A DNA stretch of 64,000 bases, taken from a virus. Shown piece by piece: positions 55,124-61,831 of this stretch (its first letter is position 1; each line of letters opens with the position of its first letter). Location of the stretch: positions 1-64,000 of IMG/VR virus record IMGVR_UViG_3300025687_007517; one strand, written 5' to 3'. A program made the position numbers and the translations under genes. The notes below the pieces were generated by a model, which saw only the letters and a list, made by a program, of their open reading frames with translations, searched no databases and was not told the origin of the DNA.

Positions 55124-55588
55124 TTACTCTCCTGTGCTTCCAAGGGCACCACTGCCCCTATTTGAAATGGTTAGTGGGTCGTCATAAAGCTCACCCTCGT
55201 GAACCTCAAAAGCTCGCCACTGGACAACGGGAACAAGAACAAGTTGGGCGATCTTATCCCCTTCCTCTACCAGCTTCTTTGTTTTACCAATATTGTGTAG
55301 GTTGACAAAGATTTCACCGCTGTATCCAGAGTCTACAACACAGGCTCCAACAACGAGGTTCTTTTTAGCTGCCATGCCAGAGCGGTTTTTCACTTCTAGC
55401 ATGTAGCCGTGGGGAACTTCGACTTTGAGACCTGTGGGTAGAACAACTGAATCACCTGGGTCCAAACGAACAAAGCCAAAGTGACCGGGTTCGTCTGGAC
55501 AATAAAAAACATCTGCTCCTGCGTCAGATGGATTAGCCCGTGAGGGCAGTTTTGCGTTAGGGTGTGTTTTAGAAACTTTTAATAGCAT
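55124..55588 (-). CDS. dut: dUTPase
   Basis: AGAD, NRSG, VVDSGYSGEI, KIAQLV and RGSGALGSTG motifs. Confidence 0.95.
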   Translation of the reverse strand: MLLKVSKTHPNAKLPSRANPSDAGADVFYCPDEPGHFGFVRLDPGDSVVLPTGLKVEVPHGYMLEVKNRSGMAAKKNLVVGACVVDSGYSGEIFVNLHNIGKTKKLVEEGDKIAQLVLVPVVQWRAFEVHEGELYDDPLTISNRGSGALGSTGE

Positions 55589-55601
55589 TTTGCCTCCACG
55601 G

Positions 55602-55674
55602 TGCCGGAAGAGGGACTTGAACCCCCAACCTACGCATTACAAGTGCGTTGCGCTACCAGTTGTGCTATTCCGGC
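55602..55674 (-). tRNA. tRNA-Thr(UGU)
   Basis: GCCGGAA/TTCCGGC acceptor stem, ACGCA-CTTGTAA-TGCGT anticodon arm, GTTCAAG T-loop; CCA not encoded. Confidence 0.93.
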
Positions 55675-55773
55675 TTTTTCTTTTTATTTTTCTTTTTAAG
55701 TTTTTTGAAGAAGGACTCCACTTTTAAAATGAAGTCCCTCATCGCTTCGTATTCGGGGCGACCCTTATACATA

Positions 55774-55962
55774 TTAATCGTCAGTATTGCGAACTTCAAG
55801 AACCTGCTTACGAAGGGTCTTTAGCTCATTGACAGCAAACTGTGCAGTCTTACGCACACGAGTTCCAGCAGCCTTGTTGCCAGCGTCGGTCTTCTGGGCA
55901 TCAGCAAGAGCCTGTGTGAGTTGGTCTACAACAGTTTGTAGTGTGGTTGTTACTGTACTCAT
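55774..55962 (-). CDS. Histone H1-like Hc1 family nucleoid protein
   Basis: DAQK...GNKAAGTRVRK..Q....LKTLRKQV signature. Confidence 0.75.
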   Translation of the reverse strand: MSTVTTTLQTVVDQLTQALADAQKTDAGNKAAGTRVRKTAQFAVNELKTLRKQVLEVRNTDD

Positions 55963-56288
55963 TTTTTCTCCTTTTCTAATTTATCAATTAAATAATCCAG
56001 ATACCATCTGGCTTTCTTCAAGTCGCCAAGGCGCGAACTCTTGTGCCTTGAACGAACAACATACTTGACAACATTGCCTTCAATGAAGTCAAGCCCCCAA
56101 TCAAGAATAGCATCGATTGCTTCGATTTTACCTTGGTTGTAGTGGGCTGGGTGGTCAACTAGTTCTGCATATGCTTTTAGCTGACTGCGTTCTGTGTTTT
56201 CTGCGTATCCACCATTTGGTAGTTTCTTTTCTTTTTCTGGCATATCAAATGGGTCTACTTTGTCTTGTGAATAAGTTTTTAAAAACAT
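55959..56288 (-). CDS. DUF3310 (T7 gp1.7/SaV-like) protein
   Basis: VDHPAHY..GKIEAIDAI...F.EGNVVKYV.R..HK....DLKKARWYL. Confidence 0.85.
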   Translation of the reverse strand: MFLKTYSQDKVDPFDMPEKEKKLPNGGYAENTERSQLKAYAELVDHPAHYNQGKIEAIDAILDWGLDFIEGNVVKYVVRSRHKSSRLGDLKKARWYLDYLIDKLEKEKK

Positions 56289-56289
56289 T

Positions 56290-56364
56290 TGGTACTCCCG
56301 AGGGGAATCGAACCCCTGCCACCGGAGTGAAAATCCGGTATTCTAACCGTTAAACTACGGGAGC
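56290..56364 (-). tRNA. tRNA-Glu(UUC)
   Basis: CCGGA-TTTTCAC-TCCGG anticodon arm, GTTCGAT T-loop, CCA encoded. Confidence 0.93.
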
Positions 56365-56367
56365 ATT

Positions 56368-56577
56368 TTACCATCGTTCTTCAATAAAATCAAGCACTTC
56401 TTGTGCATGTGCGCCCCGTTCTGCGGCTTTAATAATTTCTTCTGTGATGGAGGGGTGTTCGCCAACTCCAACGGAGCGCATAACATACAACTCTATTTTC
56501 GCTTCGGCGTCTGCAACGTCTGCTTCAAGCTTCTTCTTAGCAGCTTCAACAAACTTTCTTCCTGTATTATCCATCAT
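56368..56577 (-). CDS. Hypothetical phage protein
   Basis: 69 aa containing VGVGEHP; TATAAT lies just upstream. Confidence 0.65.
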   Translation of the reverse strand: MMDNTGRKFVEAAKKKLEADVADAEAKIELYVMRSVGVGEHPSITEEIIKAAERGAHAQEVLDFIEERW

Positions 56578-56603
56578 TAGCCTATTATACCGCTTTTGAG
56601 CGC

Positions 56604-56705
56604 TCAGTTAAGGATTAAGTTATAAATTGCTGGAACTAGCTGAAATAAACAAAAGCCAGCAATAGCCACTCCCAAGATATTAACAACGAGTTCTTTGAGA
56701 GTCAT
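56604..56705 (-). CDS. Tiny membrane peptide (33 aa)
   Basis: MTLKELVVNILGVAIAGFCLFQLVPAIYNLILN with a GGAG RBS. Confidence 0.45.
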   Translation of the reverse strand: MTLKELVVNILGVAIAGFCLFQLVPAIYNLILN

Positions 56706-56706
56706 T

Positions 56707-56820
56707 TTATGCTCCAAAACCAACATGAAGAACAATACCAGCAGCAACACTAAATGCTACAACAAAAGCCCAAAAAACACGGGCAGCTTCTTTCTCAAAG
56801 TGTTTATCATCTACAAACAT
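56707..56820 (-). CDS. Tiny membrane peptide (37 aa)
   Basis: MFVDDKHFEKEAARVFWAFVVAFSVAAGIVLHVGFGA with a GAGG RBS. Confidence 0.5.
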   Translation of the reverse strand: MFVDDKHFEKEAARVFWAFVVAFSVAAGIVLHVGFGA

Positions 56821-56840
56821 TATTACCTCTCTCAAAAAGT

Positions 56841-56917
56841 TGGTACGGGTGGTGGGGCTTGAACCCACTATCTCTGCTTTATAAGAACAGGGCATTTACC
56901 AGTTATGCTACACCCGC
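56841..56917 (-). tRNA. tRNA-Ile(UAU)
   Basis: GCGGGTG/CACCCGT acceptor stem, CTGTT-CTTATAA-AGCAG anticodon arm, GTTCAAG T-loop, CCA encoded. Confidence 0.88.
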
Positions 56918-56919
56918 TT

Positions 56920-56997
56920 TGGCACCCCCGACAGGACTCGAACCTGTAACCTACGGTTTAGAAGACCGTTGCATCTATCCAATTGTGCTACGGAGGC
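56920..56997 (-). tRNA. tRNA-Arg(UCU)
   Basis: ACGGT-CTTCTAA-ACCGT anticodon arm, GTTCGAG T-loop, CCA encoded. Confidence 0.93.
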
Positions 56998-57019
56998 TTT
57001 ATTTTTTCATAGGGCTATT

Positions 57020-57205
57020 TTAGTGTATTCCGCGAAGGTTGTCAAGTACATTTTCTCTTTTTGCTTCTTCCATTTTCTCGCTAATAAACTCAGCAAGAGC
57101 ACGGCGAGCATCAGCAGAAGTCAGGTTAATAATCTTTTCACCACGAGAGTCGATAAACTCTTTAATGATGTTCTCAATAAAAAACTTGTTTCTGTGGTAG
57201 TGCAT
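57020..57205 (-). CDS. Hypothetical protein
   Basis: 61 aa with a GGAG RBS, downstream of a promoter. Confidence 0.6.
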   Translation of the reverse strand: MHYHRNKFFIENIIKEFIDSRGEKIINLTSADARRALAEFISEKMEEAKRENVLDNLRGIH

Positions 57206-57228
57206 TTTACTCCCAAAGTTATAACGCT

Positions 57229-57257
57229 ATTGTATCGTAGTTTCTGGGGTATGTCAA
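57229..57257 (-). promoter_or_regulatory. Sigma70-type promoter upstream of the tRNA cluster
   Basis: TTGACA-17 nt-TACAAT. Confidence 0.75.
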
Positions 57258-57796
57258 GTGTTATTGGTCATGTGGTGCGTATGTTCTTTACACCGTGGTT
57301 CGTAGTCGCCCTTTCCACCAACAGAGACTTTATCTTTTATCTCGGTTAAACGAATGGAATAATAAGCGTCTTCTCCGCAAAAGCAAACTGCGGGGCACAC
57401 TTCTATTTTTGTGGCGTATGGCAACATGATACTCATTTCCTCAAAGGGTTGTCCAAGCGAAGAAAGCTGGAGGGAAGAAACATAAACTGTTTTACCAGCT
57501 TTGTAAAGGTCAATAAGCACGTCTGCTATGTTTGGTATCATAAATGCTTCATCGACTGCTACTACGTCTGCTTTACCAAGGTGGGTTATTATTTCTTCTC
57601 CGAGTTCTATGTTTATGGAACGCCAACGGTTGCCGTTGTGGGAAATAACAGACTCGGTTGAGTATCGTGTGTCCATTTTTGGCTTGAACAGCTTAATAAC
57701 TTTTTTTTGATACTTGGCTCGCTCTAAGCGAGAAAGCATTCTAGAGGTTTTGCCTCCAAACATAGGACCAGTAAAAATAACGAACTCTTGTTTCAT
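57254..57796 (-). CDS. tdk: Thymidine kinase
   Basis: GPMFGGKTS, DTRY, VDEA and VGG..DYEPRC. Confidence 0.92.
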   Translation of the reverse strand: MKQEFVIFTGPMFGGKTSRMLSRLERAKYQKKVIKLFKPKMDTRYSTESVISHNGNRWRSINIELGEEIITHLGKADVVAVDEAFMIPNIADVLIDLYKAGKTVYVSSLQLSSLGQPFEEMSIMLPYATKIEVCPAVCFCGEDAYYSIRLTEIKDKVSVGGKGDYEPRCKEHTHHMTNNT

Positions 57797-57999
57797 ACCT
57801 CAACCTTGGAAACCATACCTTCTCTTGAAAGAAGGTCTTCCCTAATAACAACCAAACCATTAACACTTTCTATGCGGATCGACAAAAAAGAATTTTGTTT
57901 TTTCTCGATAAAACCGTATCTACACCATTTGCCGTCTTTGTGAGTGTAAAGTGTTTCACCTGCTTTGTAGTTACACAGCCTGTACTTTCCTTCCATCAT
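57793..57999 (-). CDS. Hypothetical protein
   Basis: Start MMEGKY after GAGGTG. Confidence 0.5.
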   Translation of the reverse strand: MMEGKYRLCNYKAGETLYTHKDGKWCRYGFIEKKQNSFLSIRIESVNGLVVIREDLLSREGMVSKVEV

Positions 58000-58007
58000 A
58001 ATGCACC

Positions 58008-58520
58008 TCAAAAAATGTAGTCTAACCAAGTTTTGGGAATATCCCTTCCGAACTTCTTACTATTTTCAACAACCAACTCAACTGGTGTGTCTGGTTTTCT
58101 AATAAGTTTCATACCAGCTTGTTTCAAAGACTTGTTTCCTTTTTTCTGGTTACAGCGCCTACAACAAGCCACTATGTTGTTCCAAGCCTTCTTACCGCCC
58201 TGTGAGGACGGAATAATGTGGTCTAGGGTAAAGTTTGCGGTCGTCATTTCGATGCCACAGTATTGACACCGCCCTTCATCACGAATAAATACGTTGTCTC
58301 GGCTGAACTTTACAACACGGTTGAAGCGGAACTTCTTTATGACATTGCCCACAAAACGAACAATGGATGGGACCGGAATAGCCTCATCCACTGTTTTTAT
58401 TTTTTTGTTCTCGTAGACTTCTACGATTTCAACACGTCCTGCGAACCACATAGAGATGGCTTTTTGCCAAGAGACTTGAGCCATCGGCTGGTATGCTGAA
58501 GATAGAACTAATGTGTCCAT
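58008..58520 (-). CDS. HNH endonuclease
   Basis: RD...CQYCG, TLDHIIP.SQGG...W.NIVACCRRCNQKKG. Confidence 0.92.
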   Translation of the reverse strand: MDTLVLSSAYQPMAQVSWQKAISMWFAGRVEIVEVYENKKIKTVDEAIPVPSIVRFVGNVIKKFRFNRVVKFSRDNVFIRDEGRCQYCGIEMTTANFTLDHIIPSSQGGKKAWNNIVACCRRCNQKKGNKSLKQAGMKLIRKPDTPVELVVENSKKFGRDIPKTWLDYIF

Positions 58521-58527
58521 ACTATAA

Positions 58528-59172
58528 CTATACTATTTCATCAACCAAGCCCCACTTTACGCACTTCGCAGAGTCGAGCCAAAGGTCGTGTTTCAGAATC
58601 TCATCCAGTTCCTTTTTTGGAATGGAACAGTGTTCCTTGTAAATTTCCTTAATGCGAGACATTAAAAGGTCAAGGTTTTCCATTTCATCCTTGAACTCTT
58701 CGTACTTGCCCCACATAACTGATGACAGTTGGTGGATAAGCATGAAAGAATTTTGATGAATGAAACGCTTGTCTCCTACCACCGAAATAAGTGTAGCAGC
58801 GGAAGCGGCAGAACCGTCAATATAGGTATGTACGGGCGTGCCAAGGGACTTAATAGTATCAACCGTTGAGAAGCCTGCAAAAATGCTTCCTCCATAAGAG
58901 TTGATGTAGAGTTTAATAGGTACTTCGACTCCATATTTCACCTTTACGACTTGTAGGTCTTTGTCCATAGTGCGGAGAGCTTTATTAAGAACTTTTGCGT
59001 TCTCTCCATTTACCTCTCCATAAAACATAATACAGTTATCGTGTGAATCAACTGCGCTTGGGGAAGAACCTCCACCGCCGTCGCTCAAAATTAAAATTTT
59101 TGGTTGTTCGGCTTCTTCTTCCTCTTCCATTTTCTTGGTAGTTTTCTTATCTGCCCAATAGTATCTTGTCAT
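58528..59172 (-). CDS. clpP: ClpP-like protease
   Basis: INSYGG, AASAAT (catalytic Ser), MLIHQ (His) and HDLWL. Confidence 0.88.
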   Translation of the reverse strand: MTRYYWADKKTTKKMEEEEEAEQPKILILSDGGGGSSPSAVDSHDNCIMFYGEVNGENAKVLNKALRTMDKDLQVVKVKYGVEVPIKLYINSYGGSIFAGFSTVDTIKSLGTPVHTYIDGSAASAATLISVVGDKRFIHQNSFMLIHQLSSVMWGKYEEFKDEMENLDLLMSRIKEIYKEHCSIPKKELDEILKHDLWLDSAKCVKWGLVDEIV

Positions 59173-59206
59173 TCAGTTGTTTCCTTATTTTATAGTGTAG
59201 ACTGTT

Positions 59207-59280
59207 GAGGCACCTTTTACCCCGTGCCTTCCTGCGGGTTAGCCCAGACCTAACGGAAATCACCCCCTTGGCGGTCTTGA
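59207..59280 (-). ncRNA. Candidate structured RNA / pseudoknot upstream of clpP
   Basis: About 60% GC non-coding island with complementary pairs AGGCAC/GUGCCU, ACCC/GGGU, AGACC/GGUCU and GUUAG/CUAAC. Confidence 0.4.
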
Positions 59281-59284
59281 TGGA

Positions 59285-59491
59285 CTAAGTTAATTTTTTT
59301 CGGGGGTCGATTTTTGAATCGTCCGAAATGCTGTTTATGTACCAATGAGTTTTAGTGCTGTCTCTGAGGTCGTTACATTTGGTGTAGCACCAGCTTGCTG
59401 CCTCGGAAAACGTTTTATCTTTTAATACAAAAACTTTTTTTTCTTTCTCGCTATAAGAAGATAGAATAGCTGTGTAATTTTTTCTAATCAT
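59285..59491 (-). CDS. Small hypothetical protein (paralog of 60437..60643)
   Basis: TAATG overlap with the endolysin; TFSEAA...W.I pattern. Confidence 0.55.
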   Translation of the reverse strand: MIRKNYTAILSSYSEKEKKVFVLKDKTFSEAASWCYTKCNDLRDSTKTHWYINSISDDSKIDPRKKLT

Positions 59492-60414
59492 TAGAACCAA
59501 TTCTTGCCAAAGACACAATCCTTGGCTTCATTCCAATAAACAAACTGCTCGCACTTTGATAGGGGATAAACTTTTAAAAGCTCCTCTCCAAACTTTGAGA
59601 CACCCTCGGTTAATGCTCTTTCGTACTGAAAGTGCCACCACTCTGCTCCACCGTATGAGCCACCTCTGAAAAAGGAGCTACGAGCACGAATAGAATGGAA
59701 ACCGTGTTTTAGAGCAAGCGCTGTGAAATCAACAAACTTGTCTGTGACTTCTTTTTTGTGGATAACTGTTTTTCCTGCTCTGCGGGTAATGTATGTGCCT
59801 TCAATGGTTTTTTCTTCACCCTCTTCGCAGCGCATCCAAACTCGCCAGCGTCTTCCACCAATGTCTTCAATGACGTAAGGGTCAACCGCAGGGTCTTTCA
59901 TTCCTGTTGGAAGAGCCATGTCAAAAGCTAGACCAGTGTAGTGCATCGACTTTTTGGAGCGTGCAGCACCTGCTTTGGAAGCAAGACCACGACGACCACC
60001 GGCTGAAGTGATGATGCCGCCCAAAGAATGAACTTCCTTGTAAAGAGCGTTGTAAGCTTCTGCTGCGTCTGAACGAAGCGTGACGCGGGTGTAACCGTCT
60101 CTGCCTGGAAACTTGTCTGCTGGGCAGCGTTCCCAAGAAAGTTTTTCTGCGGGTGGAACAAGAACCTCTTCTTGCTCGTCTTCGCCAACTAGGTCAAGAC
60201 CCTTTTCCTTTAAAAGTTCGTTGAGCTTTCCAATGGTGCCGTTGCCGACAAGACCATCAACCTTTAAGCCTTGATAAGCTTGAAAAGCTTTTACTGCTTT
60301 TTCTGTTGCTGGACCAAAAGCTCCGTCGCAAGTTCCTAGCTCATAGCCAAGTGCTTCTAGACCCTCTTGGAGTTCTACTACTTGGTGTCCAGATGAACCT
60401 CTTTTTAATAACAT
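59491..60414 (-). CDS. Endolysin: PG-binding domain + M15 Zn peptidase
   Basis: LKRGSSG..V.ELQ..L, DGAFG..TEKAVKAFQ, VDGLVG (PG-binding); SMHYTGLAFD and EWWHFQY (M15). Confidence 0.88.
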   Translation of the reverse strand: MLLKRGSSGHQVVELQEGLEALGYELGTCDGAFGPATEKAVKAFQAYQGLKVDGLVGNGTIGKLNELLKEKGLDLVGEDEQEEVLVPPAEKLSWERCPADKFPGRDGYTRVTLRSDAAEAYNALYKEVHSLGGIITSAGGRRGLASKAGAARSKKSMHYTGLAFDMALPTGMKDPAVDPYVIEDIGGRRWRVWMRCEEGEEKTIEGTYITRRAGKTVIHKKEVTDKFVDFTALALKHGFHSIRARSSFFRGGSYGGAEWWHFQYERALTEGVSKFGEELLKVYPLSKCEQFVYWNEAKDCVFGKNWF

Positions 60415-60436
60415 AATAAAATACCTCCACAAGTAT

Positions 60437-60643
60437 CTAGTTTACAAGTGTTGCGTACTTCTGCTCATCATAAAGAATTTCATAAACGCCAACGATACGC
60501 CAACCCTTTTCCTTTGCTTCCATGAACTGATAGCGTAGCTCTGTGGCTTCGTAATAAGCTTCCTCAAAACTGTTAGCAGAAAAATTTTTATCGTAAGCTT
60601 TTCCAAGCTCGTCATTCTTAAAATGTACCTTGTACTTATTCAT
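60437..60643 (-). CDS. Small hypothetical protein
   Basis: 68 aa with a GGAG RBS; SFEEAY...WRI pattern. Confidence 0.6.
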   Translation of the reverse strand: MNKYKVHFKNDELGKAYDKNFSANSFEEAYYEATELRYQFMEAKEKGWRIVGVYEILYDEQKYATLVN

Positions 60644-60651
60644 TTTATCTC

Positions 60652-61653
60652 CTAAATCATTTCTGGGCTGGATGAAAAGTGGGTATTGATACCCTCAGTG
60701 GGGAACTCCTCTTTAAGAAAGTTCAAAAAATAATTTTGAAAACCTTCTTGATCGCTGAGAATATTAACTTGACCGTTTTGATCAAAAACGTTCCAAGTCC
60801 CCACTTCTTTAAGCACGTCCATTTTGTTGATAACAACGTGAGTCACACCGTTGACCAAAATAGCATTACTGATCAAGTTCATGTCAGTCCAGCTTACTTG
60901 ACGAGGGCGACCAGTTGTTGCGCCATATTCCTTACCAATGGTGCGAATCTTTGAGAAGATAGGGTTGTTCAACTCAAACTTCTTTGCACCGACATAAGTC
61001 TCGTAGCATTTCATTACTCCCCAGACCTCGTTGAGTGCCTTTGGTGGAATGCCATTCAGAAGAGCACCAGCGGTGGTACAATGGGAGGAAGTAACAAAAG
61101 GATAGTCTCCCCAATCAATATCCAAACCAAAGCCTTGTGCGCCCTCACAGAGAACATAATTTTCTGGTTGGTTTAACTCTGGGAGAAGGTCAATCAAAAA
61201 TGGTTCTAACTCAGCGCAGTCCTTTGCACGGATACCTGTGCGAGCGTACTTGTCTCGGTAAGCAGGACCGTTGCCACGCTTTGTGGTGCCAATCTTTTTT
61301 TCTGCATCTTCCTCGTCCAAATGGTCTTGGGTAATGACGTGAGCGTTTTTGGCTACAAAGATAAGACCCTTTGTATCAACGCCGCCCTCTTCCAACTCCC
61401 TAATCTCTTTTAGAAGTTGCTGAGGGTTTACAACACAACCCGAACCAATAATGGACTTAATACCAAAAAAAACACCACAAGGGACGTGGTGCGTTATGAA
61501 CTTTTTGCCGTTGTGGTAAATCGTGTGCCCTGCATTACAACCACCGTTGTACCGGAGGACATGAGTGTAGTTCCTTGTTCTGGCTAGGTGGTGAGCTACT
61601 TTGCCTTTCCCACAGTCGCCGTACTGAAGGTCTACAATAACATCTGCCTTCAT
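60652..61653 (-). CDS. purA: Adenylosuccinate synthetase (short form)
   Basis: QYGDCGKGK, GG.NAGHT, IGTT..G.GPAY.DK, EGAQG, YPFVTSS and EYGATTGRPR. Confidence 0.93.
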   Translation of the reverse strand: MKADVIVDLQYGDCGKGKVAHHLARTRNYTHVLRYNGGCNAGHTIYHNGKKFITHHVPCGVFFGIKSIIGSGCVVNPQQLLKEIRELEEGGVDTKGLIFVAKNAHVITQDHLDEEDAEKKIGTTKRGNGPAYRDKYARTGIRAKDCAELEPFLIDLLPELNQPENYVLCEGAQGFGLDIDWGDYPFVTSSHCTTAGALLNGIPPKALNEVWGVMKCYETYVGAKKFELNNPIFSKIRTIGKEYGATTGRPRQVSWTDMNLISNAILVNGVTHVVINKMDVLKEVGTWNVFDQNGQVNILSDQEGFQNYFLNFLKEEFPTEGINTHFSSSPEMI

Positions 61654-61831
61654 TTCTTCTCCCTGTGTTACACAGTGTATAACACATTATAATAGACATA
61701 TATATTAAATTTAAGTAAAACAGTTCTGTCAATAACAGTGTTAGTCATATATTGTTAATCACAGTGTGTATCACATATGTGAATATGAGTATACCTGAAG
61801 AAAATGAAAAGTCAAGACCTTTTCTGAAGAT
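61654..61831. repeat. AT-rich intergenic region with palindromes and ACAGTGT direct repeats
   Basis: ACAGTGT at 61672, 61735 and 61761; GTGTTA-N9-TAACAC; perfect palindrome TCACATATGTGA at 61771-61782. Confidence 0.6.
61788..61815 (-). promoter_or_regulatory. Sigma70-type promoter
   Basis: TTGACT-16 nt-TATACT at the start of the AT-rich gap; a second TTGACA-17 nt-TTTAAT lies near 61705-61733. Confidence 0.55.

Noticed and set aside
58008-58520. Intron-encoded homing endonuclease
   Set aside because: It is free-standing between intact genes, with no interrupted host gene.
59207-59280. HDV-like/theta or hammerhead ribozyme; stop-codon readthrough into clpP
   Set aside because: I could not build P1 for an HDV fold, there is no CUGANGA/GAAA core, and the frame after the TAG at 59285 is not the clpP frame.
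60652-61653. PurZ / 2-aminoadenine DNA system
   Set aside because: The GD motif is PurA-type (PurZ has Ser here) and no datZ or mazZ neighbours are seen.
61654-61831. Mini CRISPR array
   Set aside because: The repeats are only 7 nt and irregularly spaced.
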